A DNA stretch of 124,000 nt, from NCBI RefSeq assembly GCF_000400465.1, contig NW_008806285.1, positions 20,001 through 144,000 on the forward strand, read 5' to 3'. The notes below the pieces were generated by a model. That model searched no databases, was not told the DNA's origin, and saw nothing but the letters and a program-made list of their open reading frames with translations. Origin of the DNA: Wallemia ichthyophaga EXF-994 (Eukaryota > Fungi > Basidiomycota). The position numbers and the translations under genes are program-made. Shown one piece after another: positions 100,178-113,540 of this stretch. Position 1 is the stretch's first letter. The number at the start of each line of letters is the position of its first letter.

Positions 100178-102116
100178 TTATTGTCTCGCTCTTGCTCTCG
100201 GCGCCTTGTTTTCATCGTTAGTTTCTCTCGTCTCACTAGTTTCGGTTATGTGCAGCTTCTCAGCCAGGCCTCTGATTTTGATTGATGCGCTTCTCTTGCG
100301 CTCTCTGTGATTTTTGGAGATACTGCCATACCTCTCCAATCCCCACAGCATCACTTCACTCTTCCCCACCTTGACTTTATCGAGATTGAGGCCCTGTTTT
100401 TCCATCTCATTGAGAAAAATTTTGAAGTGATTCTGTGAAGCAATGTGTGTTAATTTGGTTTATTTAAGCACTCGCCCACTCGCAACTCACTATGGAAGAT
100501 CTGTAATGTCCACTCAGCGGACTAAGCGCTGAAATTTGACCATTTCGCACCCTAATCAACCCCGCACTTGAGACAAGGCCGCCAGAGAGGAAGGACGAGT
100601 GCTGAAAAGTCCCTGTCGATTTGATCCCAACAAACATATTATCTGGGAGGTTGCCGGCTGGTTAGATGGTCCATGGCGCATTCTAACACCCACACTGCAT
100701 ATCAGACACCTGCGCAGTTCACGTCAGACATGATCCACTCTCAAACACACTCATCTTCACTTACATATATCCACGTATTCTTTCCGACAGTTTTACGCAG
100801 AAGCCTATCCATGATACCACGCGCTGTGTATTTATGGTGAGTTTTGTCATCCTTCTTGTCATCTAAATCAATCATGTCATGGGCGTGTTCATATGCATCG
100901 TCGCGCTCTCTCTGCGCAATCTCATCATCATCATCAGAGCTGGAGGGGGAGTCAAACGATGTCCACACGGAGCTATCTTCGCTGATAGACGACCTGTTAT
101001 CTTGTGCATGCTGCTGATACTGTTCACACTGCCCACCCTCGAAGCCTTCCTGAAGTGGTATTATCCCAGACCCATCTCCAGAATCCTGCCATCTGTCCGG
101101 AGCTGTATCCACCGCTTCACCATTTTTTGCCCAGTGCAGCAGACCTGTCAAAGGATTAGGCACTACGAGGTAGCTGTTATGTGTTAAATCGCGTTCAAAA
101201 CCACTCTAAACCCACTTCAGGCGCTGTTCAGCAGAGCAGTAAAAGATCTGCTCTTTGTCCAATCGCTCACGCGGGCATTCATCGAGATCGAGGTGGGTGC
101301 CCTCACCGTAATCGAGCCTGAGACCAGGTGAAAACGTTAGCATCAAGCACCGTCCGCCAAAAGGCACGCAACTCACCACCGGAAAAAGTTATCAGATGTA
101401 CCTGAAACCGACCATAATTTATGGTAGCATTTTAAATTAACACCATAACGATGTTTTGTGTCAATCATTTCGAGCCAGTGCTGCTCTTCTAGTCGCTTTG
101501 ATTGTTTTTCCTGTAATGCCTGCGTGGGTTTCTGGTCAGGACCTACGCGTCCCTGCAGGCGTCTTTCCACATCCCTCTTCTTGGATTTGGCTTTAGAAAT
101601 GAATTTAAGATTTAGGACCTTCTCAGCCGCTCCTTCTTTACCGCCGTTCTCTTCTTTCTTCGTAAGCATCTCTTGCACTTTCGCAGAGACTTGTTTTGGG
101701 TCTTGATCTTGGTCTTGGTATTGGTCTCTCGAGGACAGGCCATCGTGCAGGCGCGACGCGAAGAATCCAGCTCTTTGGAAACGTTCTGTCGCGCTGTTGC
101801 GCCGTGCACTCGTCTGGCTCAGCACTGCCTCCTTCATTTTGAGATCTGCAACGGGCGATAAGCTGTGCTGATACAGAGAGCAACATGCAATGTGCTTACC
101901 GGTTAAAATTTCTAAGAATGCGTCAGATACACCACACACAAAATTCCTCACCTACCTGACCATCTCGTTGCTGCTGCCAATCGCTGCTGCTGCACTTGGA
102001 TCCTATCAAGGCGACCCCTGAAAACAGCCTATAGTTGCGCTTAGAGTATCTCGAGACCCTGCTTGTGACCCCACCTGTATCTTAATCGCCGCTTGTTCTG
102101 CTTTCTCGTCGTTCAT
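100178..102116 (-). CDS. IQ calmodulin-binding domain protein (IQM-like)
   Basis: AAIKIQ|AVFRG IQ motif; WLEMIDTKHRYG; FQHSSFLSGG; SPLSGHYR; multi-intron. Confidence 0.85.
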
Positions 102117-102182
102117 TTCTCCTACCTCGCTGCGGCTGCGTGAGAGTTTAATTATAGATACATGCTTTTATGTACAAAAATC

Positions 102183-103673
102183 CTAGATAAAATCTATAAA
102201 AGTACGCGTGGGATCACTCTCGTCGTGTGGTATGTACTTGGGGAACTGCACTTGCTTTGTCAGACACTCAGTTTTCTTGGCATCCACCACACTTACCCAG
102301 TGATTAGCAGCCACGTTCGGCGACACTAGCTGCTGGGGAATCTTGAGACCACCGGGCTGTGATATAGCGGCTGTCAGAGACGTGGGCGACAGCTGCCCGT
102401 TGTTCTCGCTTTTCGCCGGCTTAGAGCAGCAGCTGGGAGGAGCGTCAACCTTTGGTATGTCCAATTTGAGACTATTTGATTGAGTTGGTAGCGTGAGTGT
102501 ATTCGTACTTGCACTTGCACTTGCACTCGAGCTCGGATTACCATTCGCCTCTGCTTCGCAATTGCACGACGTGCAGCAACCGCAGCAGCTCTCCTCACAC
102601 CTGCATTCCACGCCCAAAGCCTGGCACTGGCAGCTCCCGCCACAGCATTCAGTCTCTAAGGGAGGTAGTCTCGTTATGCCCCTGTTGCGTGGATCGTAGA
102701 GCTGCTGCCAGCTCTGCAGCCCAAGTGTTCCGCCATCTACATAGCTATCGATATTGCTGCTAATACCTTGCGGCGGAAAAGGAACTAAAGAGCTAGCCTT
102801 CTGTAGAAACTCCTCCAAATTGCCGCACTCTGACTTCTTGAGCAGCTCGTGCACGTTGATCTCGTCACACCCACACGTAGCGCTCTCTTCCGGAGTATAG
102901 TTTGGTGCTTCTGCTTGGGTTTCGGTCTGTGCAGGCAGAGGAGGGTTTCTGTGAGTGAGACAGCCGGGACATGCACACGAAGGCCCACACGAGCAATGCC
103001 CAATGACGTCGGCGATAGACGGCAGCATATTAGTTACGAATGCGCGCTTCTTTTCGGAGCAGTTGCAGCGGCCGCCTACTTTGCATCTGCAGGGATTCAT
103101 CAGGCGCTCGAGTGAAATCATGCTTGGCTCGCCCTCTTTCTGTGCTTGTGGGGGGAGAAGGCTGGAGTAAGCGTCTTTCAAGCCATTAGGGTAGTGTGCT
103201 TGAGGGGGCAAGGGAGCTCTCTCGCCTTTTTTTAGTTTGCGCGGTGGTGGGCCATCCTTGCCATTACCGTTACAATTGCTCTTAGGCGCAGGTTCTTGCC
103301 GGTCCTGGCAAACGCATTTGGAGCTGCTCTGGGGAGTGTAAGGATGGTAATATCTTAGTATCCTTATCACCACGACTCACATTGCCATCCTTGCGCTGAT
103401 CCTTGCATTTGGTACACTGCGCCGGCGGTCTGCCCTTTCTCTTCACTTCAAAAAGCGGGCGATCGTCATGGGCGCACGAGGAGGATCTGTGGCCTGGTGA
103501 ACGTTAGTATGGCTGCGCTGGGCCGCTCAACTAACCCTTTATACAAGTCGCGCTGCGAAGTGTTAGCAGATAAAGACGAGGAATTTACAGACAAACCACG
103601 CCAATTTAACGCCATTTATGAAAGGCTTTGGGAAGTTAGTGAGGATACGTCGCTTGCTGATATCACTCACCAT
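102183..103673 (-). CDS. Copper-fist transcription factor (Ace1/Mac1/Cuf1 family)
   Basis: Spliced M|PFINGVKLAC|ATCIK|GHRSSSCAHDDRPLFEVKRKGRP; several Cys-rich clusters. Confidence 0.9.
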
Positions 103674-104056
103674 CCCTGCCTATCTCAGTTTGATGTGATG
103701 ATGTGAGCGAAGAAAGAGTCAAGGCTGGATAGTATTTTGTTTATTCGCACGGCTAGCAAAGGGAATTCGAATAGCAGCTACAACAGTCTAGCGGATGTTG
103801 AAATCCATTACCCGATTACAGCCGCGAGATGGCTTTGGTATTTGAAGTGTATGCGTAGTAATAAGGGTTTTAGTCTTAATTAGACATATCTGCACTCTCT
103901 TAATCCGAACAGTCTAAAGCTCTCAAGAATTGATCATCCATCACGACGAAAATCTTCATTCCACCTCAAAAAATAAAGAAATTAAGTTATTGTTCATTGT
104001 TTCACTAATTAGATCCCCAAAAGGGAGAATACAAGGGTTAATAAGTAGTGATCGCC

Positions 104057-104432
104057 TTAGATGACAGAGATTGGAGTACAGCCCTTGAGAGTGTGTTAGA
104101 CAGTATGTTAGATCGAAGAAGCGAGTACACACCAAGTTGGCAAGTCCATTTTGGGTTTGACCGCTGCAGCAAGCAGAGGTGGTCTTACATTGGTTAGAGA
104201 TTGGTACACCAACGACGGCCGCGACTTGGTCACATTGCAATCCAACTTGGCCAGCCAATTCGTCGATACCGAGCAACTCGAGGGTAGCGGTGTCGATGGA
104301 TGAGGCATCCTTGACTTGGTTACAGCACTTGACGTTGCTGGTTGAGCAGTCGCCTGCTCTCATTTGAAGGTTCGATGCAAGGGATGCTGAGAAGAAAGCA
104401 GTGGCAGTGAGGGCGATGGTTGAGAATTGCAT
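104057..104432 (-). CDS. Class I hydrophobin
   Basis: Signal peptide and eight-Cys pattern C-CC-C-C-CC-C; the eighth Cys lies after a 3' intron (GCTPISVI*). Confidence 0.93.
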
Positions 104433-104484
104433 TGTTGAAGACTTGAGTGTTATGAGTTGAAGAACTGGGATGATAATGGCACGG

Positions 104485-104492
104485 TATTTATA
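104485..104492 (-). promoter_or_regulatory. TATA box of hydrophobin gene
   Basis: TATAAATA on minus strand about 53 nt upstream of the ATG. Confidence 0.55.
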
Positions 104493-105054
104493 CTCTCGCA
104501 GGTAAATTGAATTAATTTGTGACAATGTTTCGGCGAACTCGAACATTAGAACCTCGACTCGAATAGGAAAGTGAGACAGGAAGTATATTAAATTTGGTTC
104601 CATACGCGGTTAGCTACACTTAAGTAGTTAAATTGGGTCACAAACACGCCTAATGATGCTTACTTGATTCGCCGCTTTAAAATTGCATAAACACGTAAAT
104701 CGCAACAATGAGGAGGAGATGGCGTATGTATTGGGGTGCTACCGAACCATACAAAGTACAGACAGTGCTTCGATACTCAAAGTTAGATCAAATCGATTGC
104801 GTCAGAGGTGCTCGCACACAAGCCAACTCCCAGCGCTCACAAAGCCTCAAAACACTGTGACTTGCCAGTCTATTCACACCAAACACTTCGAGGCCCCTGT
104901 AATATAGCGACGTTGACCAAACCACATCCCAATTTAGCGACGTGAAATGAGACACAGACCTGTAGAAATGCATATGTGGACAATTTTACAAACCACTCCA
105001 CACCAACTGCACACGTGATGACAACGCCTGCTCGCTCTTAACTACCGTTAAGCG

Positions 105055-106712
105055 ATGATGCTCGCTAAAGTGCCCTTGTCGAGCAGGCGACTATACACTC
105101 CGTTGAGCATTACGACGAGACTAATACACACTTCAAAAATGACAAGTGCTCCTGTGAGTTGACTGTGCGCTACAGTCTCCGCCGCGCTGACGCCATCACA
105201 GCAACTCAGCAACGCATCACTCTGGCAAACCAAGGGATTCATAAATAACCAATGGGTCGACAGCGAAAATGGCGCTACGTTCCAAGTCACTGATCCTGGC
105301 AACGGCAACAACCTCGGCTCTGTTCCAGAGATGGGTGTCGCCGAGACACGTAGAGCCATCGATGCCGCCGGCGAGGCGTACAAGACCTTCTCCAAGACTA
105401 CGGCCAAATCCAGACAAGATCTTCTCAACAGAATCTTCGCACTTATCAGTCAGAATGCCGACGATTTGGCCAAGATTGTCACCGTTGAGAACGGTAAACC
105501 ACTAGCAGATGCCAAGGTGAGTTTGGAGTGTGTGTATGTGTGCATATCGATTTAAACTCACACGCAATCCAGGGCGAAGTCGGATATGGTAACAGCTTCT
105601 TTGAGTGGTTCGCAGGCGAAGCAGTGAGGACATACGGCGATGTAGTCCCAGCAGCCAATCCAGACCTTCGCAATATCGTTATAAAGCAACCTATCGGTGT
105701 TTGTGGCATCCTCACTCCCTGGAACTTCCCAGTCGCGATGATAACGCGCAAATTAGCACCAGCAATCGCTGCAGGTTGCACAGCTGTGATTAAAACACCA
105801 GCAGAGACTCCATACTCTGCCCTGGCTATCGCACACCTCTGTAAAGAAGCAGGTGTGCCAGCCGGTGTAGTTAACGTCATTACGACCGACAAGAATGTCG
105901 CTCAAGTCGGCAAGGAGATTTGCGAGAACGGAATCGTCAAGAAAGTGTCCTTCACAGGCTCTACACGTGTCGGTAAAATTCTCATGCAACAATCGAGCAA
106001 CACGCTGAAGAAGCTGTCATTCGAACTCGGCGGAAATGCGCCTTTCATCGTTTTCGATGATGCTGATATAGATGCCGCTGTTGCTGGTGCACTTGCATGT
106101 AAATTCAGATCATCTGGTCAGACATGCGTCTGTGCGAACAGAATCTACGTACAGTCAGCTGTTTACGCCGAATTCGCCTCTCGTCTCGCTGAGAAAGTTG
106201 ATCAGTTCAAACTCGGTTATGGACTCGACGAGGGTACGACACATGGTCCACTCATCGCTGAGAGAGCCCTTGACAAGGTGCAGGAGCATGTTGATGACGC
106301 CGTCAAGCGCGGTGCAGAGGTGCTCAGCGGTGGTAAGAAACTCGGTGGCAATTATTTCGCCCCTACCGTCCTCGCTAATGTCCCATCTGACGCTCTGGTC
106401 AACTGCGACGAGACTTTCGGCCCCCTTGCTGCACTTACCAAATTCGACACAGAAGAACAAGTCGTCAAGCTGGCTAATGATGTAAACGTCGGTTTGGCTG
106501 GATACATGTATTCGCGCGATATCGGTCGCGTATGGCGCGTGTCGGAGGCACTCGAAGTGGGCATGATCGGTGCTAACGCTCCTATTCTCTCACAAGCATG
106601 CATTCCATTCGGTGGCCAGAAGGAGAGTGGTTTCGGTAGAGAAGGTGGTAAGCAGGGCATAGAGGAGTATCAAACTACCAAGTTGATTGCTATGGGCGGT
106701 GTCACTGTGTAA
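105055..106712 (+). CDS. UGA2: Succinate-semialdehyde dehydrogenase
   Basis: Presequence-like N-terminus; TPWNFP; SFTGST; FELGGNAP; GQTCVC; ETFGP; ESGFGREG. Confidence 0.92.
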
Positions 106713-106780
106713 TTTGGACTGTATAGTATATTCAACGAATGAATGTCTTTTGATAGCATAATGAAGCATGTTATTCCGTT

Positions 106781-107791
106781 TTATTCTGGTGGATATGCGT
106801 CTGCATTGGTACAGACTGACCTGCTGAGTGTCTGATCGAAGTACGGCCTGCACAAGTGCATCAGAGTGTGTAAAGCAGCATATGTGCATACTTACCCCAC
106901 GTGCGCTTCTTTGGAGCGTTGGAAGATGTTAAACTTATCAGTGCATCTGTCGTCCTCGCGCCCGATGCAGTGTGCAGCAGGTGTAGGTATATCATTTTCG
107001 TCTTGCTTGGGTATGTAGACCTCCCCTGCGTAATGCTTGTATGGCCAACCAGGGAGGTGAGGTACTTTATCATTCTGGTTTGTAACACGTGCCCTCTTAT
107101 CCAGTGGTATAGTCTTTTCCAACAATCCAGCAAACTGCTCATTGCCCACGCGAGGACTACCGAAAGTGGTCAGACGCAGATCATACCCTCGATCTTTGAC
107201 GATGCTGCTAAGGGCGACAGCTTCAATAGCCGCGCTAGCAGCACCCATGGAATGGCCTTCGAACCGCACCACACTAATCTTATCACCAAGCCTATCCATC
107301 GCTGCTATCAGTCTCTTCTTCAATTCCTCGTATGTCTTATTAACTGAGCGCAGAAACCCAGAGTGCACAGAAATTCCAGCAGAGCTGTTTACGCCCATAT
107401 CATCTAAAAGGACAGCGTCTATTGCCGTCAGGAAGAAATTAGCGTCGATAAGCACGCTAAGGAAGCTTGAGAAATTGGTGGGGGAGTGTGCTACAACCAA
107501 AGCGTTTTCTGAGTGGACATGCATCAGATATATCCACGGGTCGCGCTCGCCGTCTCCATCCGAGTAGAGAATCTCCGCACCGGCGTCACTGAGCTTGTCG
107601 CATGCAGGGCCACAGTCAAAGGCAGTCACAGCACGACTTCCACAGGACACAGCACCCGATACGACCGCTGAGGAGATGTAGCGGGCAGCTTGCTCGTCTG
107701 TTACGGGAGAGAGCTCTTGCTGACGGGCGATGAGCGCGGGAACAGCAGCAGCCCAAGCGCAGAGAGCGAGTAATAGAAGTACCAGCCTCAT
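106781..107791 (-). CDS. Secreted class 3 lipase
   Basis: Signal peptide; VHSGF; GHSMG nucleophile; TFGSPRVGN; DKVPHLP; HVG|PYF. Confidence 0.92.
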
Positions 107792-108056
107792 ACAGGAAGT
107801 TTAGGTTTTGATTAAAGAGCTTTGATTTAGTCTAGATAAGCCGGTCTGCATGCCTAAGTGCATTCTTCGCAGCATAGGACACTAGCGGAAGAGGAAGCGG
107901 GATATGTACAGAATGGCTACAAGTACAACACACACAAAAAGATACAGCGATTTATGAAATCACGTTATGTCATTTGCTCAATTTTAACTTTGGTCTGAGG
108001 AGCAACTAAAATTTCTTCCCACTCGAACGTCAACGTCCAGTCAAACGATAACTAAA

Positions 108057-109959
108057 ATGGCTCCACTGTCAGCATCAAAGGCTAAGAGACAGCAAGATAA
108101 GGAGGCTAAGGCTGCCGCCAAAGGACAATCCACCACCAAGTCCTCAAAGTCTGGCACTGATTCTACTGGGATTACTGATGGTAGCGATGTAAAGAAGCTC
108201 TCCGTAGCTGCTGATAGGTCGGTCTGGAATGCTTAGCCACTCTCCGTCTAACACCTTCCACAGATCCACTGCTGGTGTTCTCGTTTCTGATCCAAAGGGA
108301 CGTGACGTTAAGCTTGATGGTTTCACTCTCTCTTTCCACGGACGTCTTCTCATTGAATCCGCTGAAGTTTCCCTCAACTACGGTCAACGTTATGGTCTTC
108401 TTGGTGAAAACGGCTCCGGTAAAACTACCTTCCTGGAAGCATTGGCAGAGCGTGATATCGAAATCCCTGAGCACATTGATATTCACTTGGTAGCAGGTGA
108501 GGCTGACCCTAGTGATGTTAACGCTATGGACTTCATTATCGCATCCGCAAAGGAGAAGGTCGCACGTCTTGAGCAACAGATCGAAGATATGTCCACTGAG
108601 GACAATGTCGATGAATTGGCTTTGGAGTCAAAGATGGAGGAACTTGATGAACTTGACCCATCAACTTTCGAAGCTAGAGCTGGTCTCATTCTTACCGGTC
108701 TTGGTTTCTCTCTTCAAATGATGAACAAACCAACCAAGGATATGTCTGGTGGTTGGAGAATGCGTGTTACTCTCGCCCGTGCTCTTTTCATCAAACCTCA
108801 CTTACTCTTGCTCGATGAGCCAACTAACCACTTGGATTTGGAAGCCGTCGTTTGGCTTGAAGCTTATCTCTCTACTTACAACCACATTCTTGTCATCACT
108901 TCTCACTCTGCTGATTTCATGGACAGTGTCTGTACCAACATCATGGATCTCACCAACAAGCGTAAACTCCAATACTACGGTGGTAACTACTCCATCTACT
109001 GCCGTACCAAGGCTGAAAATGAAACAAACCAAATGAAAGCATACGCTAAGCAGCAAGAAGAAATTCAGCACATTAAGAAGTTCATTGCTTCTGCTGGTAC
109101 TTATGCTAACTTGGTTAGACAAGCTAAGTCTAAGCAAAAGATTATCGATAAGATGGAGGCTGCTGGTTTAATTGAACCTGTCTCTCAAGCAAGACCATTG
109201 AGATTCAACTTTGAAGACATTAGAAAATTACCACCACCAATTATTGCATTCAATGATGTCGCATTCTCTTACTCTGGTAAACCTGAAGACTACCTCTACA
109301 AAGATCTCTCATTCGGTATTGATATGGACTCACGTATCGCTATCGTTGGTCAGAATGGTACTGGTAAATCTACTCTTTTAAACCTCATCACTGGTCACCT
109401 CCAATCTGTCGATGGTACCGTGTCAAGACACGCAGGTTTGAAGCTTGGTAAATACTCTCAACACTCTGCTGATCAACTTCCATACGACAAGACTCCTGTT
109501 GAACACTTGGAGGCATCTTACAAGGAGAAATTCCCTAACAAAGATTATCAATTCTGGCGTTCTCAGCTTGGTAGATTCGGTATTTCAGGTGCACACCAAA
109601 CAGCTCCAATTGCTCACTTGTCTGATGGTTTGAGAAACCGTGTCGTTTTCTCCATGTTGGCTATGGATCAACCTCACATTCTTCTCCTCGATGAGCCTAC
109701 TAACCACTTGGATATGGAATCTATCGATGCTCTTGCACTTGCAGTCAAGGAATTTGAAGGTGGTGTAGTTATTGTCTCTCACGACTTCAGATTGATTTCT
109801 CAAGTCGCTGAAGAATTATGGGAAGTTAAGGATCGCAAGATCTACAACCTTTCTAAGTCCGAAATTGACATTCAACAATACAAGTCTATGCTTCAAAAGA
109901 AATCTGAAGTTTCACTTGAGAAGGCTAAGCTTGGTGGTGCAGGTAAAACCAAGGCTTAG
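108057..109959 (+). CDS. ARB1: ABCF-type ATPase Arb1/ABCF2
   Basis: Two ABC domains: GENGSGKT, MSGGWRMR, LLLDEPTNHLD; GQNGTGKS, LSDG; one 5' intron. Confidence 0.95.
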
Positions 109960-110099
109960 ATTTGCATTACATTATAAAACTTCTAGCAGCTATTTTTATA
110001 TTAATTTCTTTCTCATTCATATTATGTACATCTTACAACAACTGGACTGTTTTGATCATGGGCTCAGGGTAATACAAACTGCTCGATAATGATGCGAAT

Positions 110100-111696
110100 G
110101 GTTTTGACAAGCAAAGAGGTACGTTTCAATCCTTCTCGACTTTTTCGGCGGGGGCGATCTTCCACATTGTCCCTCATTTCAGTCTGTCTCTTTGATTGAC
110201 GCTTAATTATAATGGCTTATGGCTTGTTTGCCACTGTAGGAGCTACGCTGGCCTTTTTTTTCTTCTGGCGACTTTTCAGCAAGTTCCGCCGGCTCGCTGA
110301 GAAATGACAATACAGTTTCTTGAGAAGGTACAGCAGGCAGACTCGTGGCTCCTTTGACATATACAGTACCTATATCAGCAAAGTCGCTTTCGAATAGATC
110401 GTCTCAGATGAAAGGCCTCTATATTGATTCAGGTAGCTCCTTTTGGTTGAGATTCTCGAGTTTGAGCAACTTCCTCATGCTGTGGAGTTTGCTTGACTCG
110501 AAATAGCTGTTTCGATATGCGGATGTTGGATTCCATGGCGGAGACTGTCGCATTTGAGAATTCTCTCTTGCTTAAATTGGCTCCTATTTTGCAGTGTCTA
110601 TGTCGATATATGAACAGTTAAGTCATCCATACTAGAAGCCAATGGCACAGCACTTCTATTCATCAATGAGGGTGATAGTTTGCTGTAGTATTCTTCGCAT
110701 TGCTAAATGAAGACCGTCTTTCACTGACCTCGCTAGATTTATCTCGACATAAGGAGACTGTCTCAGTTTTATTTATACCATTCCTTTGTAGCAATGAACC
110801 TGTATGTTCATTTTGCCTATGCGTCGCTGCTGTTGATACGATAAGATCCCAGAAAACGTAACAACTTTACTACTAGAGTGATCATCTGGCCCAACAGGAG
110901 TGGATTGGTTCATAAATTCACTGATAGATGCGAAAGTTCGATTGACATTTGGTGGAGTAGAGGGCAATCCACTTTCTTATTACCTATCAGAAAACCTTCT
111001 TGAGGCACGTTTCACGGTTGTTGGTGCTTCATCGCTTTTAGAATTGCTGGCTTGGCTTGTCTCAGGTCTCTTTGATGGTGGCGAATATTTAGTTTTCGTG
111101 TATCAAAGTGAGTCGGCAGGATATTTTGCGTTTTATAAATTGCTCATGTCGCTTTTGTCGGCTATCTACGTTAGTGATCTAGTATGTCTTGAAGGCGATC
111201 GTTCAGCTCCTTTCTTTTTACGAGTCAATTGAATTCCTACAATTTTCGGTCAACTTTATTTCTTCTCTAGGTATCGATGTTTCAGCTTCGTTGTTATTAG
111301 AGTTGACTGATTTATTTTGGATTGCGCGATGGGCCGATGGTCCTATTTCGATGTTTGAGATGTTGCTATTTCTTACACAGCTCGACGGTGGAGTTATTTA
111401 GCCCCTGCGCTGTGGTGTATCATTTCTGTTCTTCGACGATGAACATTCGTCGTTCCTTGTCAATGATGTGTCGCATTTTCGTCAGTCGTTGAGAGGCTAT
111501 ACCGAAATGTAAACTCGTTTGTATTGATAGCTATATTCTGGATAGACGAAATCACGCCACTGACATCCGAAAAAGCGACATCTTGCTCGTCCTTGTCAAG
111601 CGTAAGATTTTCGACCTTAATTGTCTGTGGTTGAAACATGATTTTCGTCCTCGACGGGTGAGTGATTATTAATTTTGTTCTGGGCGCTATCAACAT
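110100..111696 (-). pseudogene. Gene-sized decayed ORF of unknown origin
   Basis: One minus frame reads as protein-like segments broken by repeated stops (110773, 110656, 110632, 110623, 110584, 110572); no intact gene in a 1.6-kb gap. Confidence 0.45.
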
Positions 111697-111932
111697 TGAG
111701 ATTGATCAGCTAAATGCACTATCAGGCGCCCTTTCATCTTTCCCAGGACTAGCCTAGCGTTTTAATTCCGTGGAGAAAGCGAGCAATCCTTGATAAAAAG
111801 TACAATGTGAATCTCACGGGAATAATTACAAGATAGAGTTTGTTTAGCTTATTATTTGATTTAATGCTTGCCTTGTTTGTGTTTTCACCTTTTTTTGTTT
111901 CATTTCTAATTGAAGAGGTGACACGACAAGCC

Positions 111933-112897
111933 TTATGGCTTGCGGTAATCAAGAAGTGTAGCATAGATATTGTTGAATGCTGTGTAGATCTCTTCACGAA
112001 CCTTCATGACTTATTAGTATGAGAGCGATGCAAAGATTAGTACACTCACTTTTGCACCTGTTAGGACAATCTTTCCTGAAACGAAAATCAAGAGGACTAC
112101 TTTTGGTTTGACCATTCTGTAGATTAGACCAGGGAACAATTCAGGCTCGTATGAACTGAAATGACCGTGTGTATATGCAAGTCCTTCCAAACGAATTGGG
112201 AACTTGACATCACAAGAACCGACTATGTTCTTTAATTCATTTAGTATAATACTTCCAAATGACCCAATAAACTCACCTGAATCTTAAACTCAGAAAACTT
112301 TGCATCAAATCCGAGCTTCTGGATGATACGAGCGTACTTTCTTGACGCAAGCTTGGAATCGTCTTCGGACTTTGCACCGGTAACTACCATTTTACCAGAT
112401 GCGAAAATCAGCGCTGTTGTCTTTGGATCTCTTATTCTCATTATGACAGCAGCGAAACGCTACACAAAGTGTCAATTATTGTGTCAATGGTAACGTAATC
112501 ACCATCAACGGACCTTTGGATTGTACTCTGCGTTACGAGCATGCAGAGCGATAGTCTTCAAATCGAGCCTACAATCCAAGTTGACGGTTGCAACAATGTT
112601 CCTACCAAGTGTTAACTTTGATACAGTAAAAAGTAAACCGCACTCACTGAAGCGTAGGGACAATGTTCTGAGCGTGTGCTGCGAGGAGCGTTAAACAGTG
112701 GCCGCTGTGCACTAAGCAGCCGACGCACTCATACCAGTGTCAGCATGGCTAGGTGTTTGTACTGCTTGTGGTGTTGGTGGAACACCGTATGCTTGAGGAG
112801 TTATCGCTGGCTGTGGACGTTGAACTGGAGCTGATGGTGGCGGCATCGAGTCAGAGGCCTTTGAGGCTTGGTCTGGCAATTTCAATGTAGTGTTCAT
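111933..112897 (-). CDS. SPT15: TATA-binding protein
   Basis: IVPTLQ|NIVATVNL; [26 protein letters not shown]; [12 protein letters not shown]; multi-intron. Confidence 0.97.
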
Positions 112898-113540
112898 ATT
112901 GTAATTCGAAATTAGCTTTGAGTTCCTTTATACCAACAGCAGCAGCGTCCTCTAACACTTGCTCACCAGATGGACGTAAGGAATCAAAAAGCTGTGCCAG
113001 CACATTGCTTATATACCAAATTTGAAAATCTCCATAAGAGGCCCGGAGTACTAATCAATTAGGCCTGCATATTTCTAGGCACTGTTCGTAGCTCACATAT
113101 GGACTTTCAGAGCTCTAGCTTTCTTATCCGGCGTGCTGGAGGTGGTGTGCTGATGGTTGAAGAGAGCCATACAGTCGAAGAATGAGCAAACCAGTCCAAT
113201 AAGATGCGGTGAGCCTTATACAAGGTCACTGGTAATCCTGTGGCAAATTCATCACTATTCGGACGAGTCATCAACGTTGCTTGACCAGGTTGGAGCGGGA
113301 GGATTCTGAAATTGCTTTAGGTCTATTGCATCCTATTATTATCTCTTGCTGTGCTCACTTCCACAACTCTCTTCAATTGGCATACTCGCCATTACAGATG
113401 CTTCAACCCACTCTCTTTTAGAAGATATCGCTTTTAAAGGGCACTATATCTTTAAACAAACCAAGAAGCTAATATTACATCTGAAATGGTTATACAAAAT
113501 GTTGTGTCAATGCAAGGTTATGTTGCGAAATCGCATGCGT

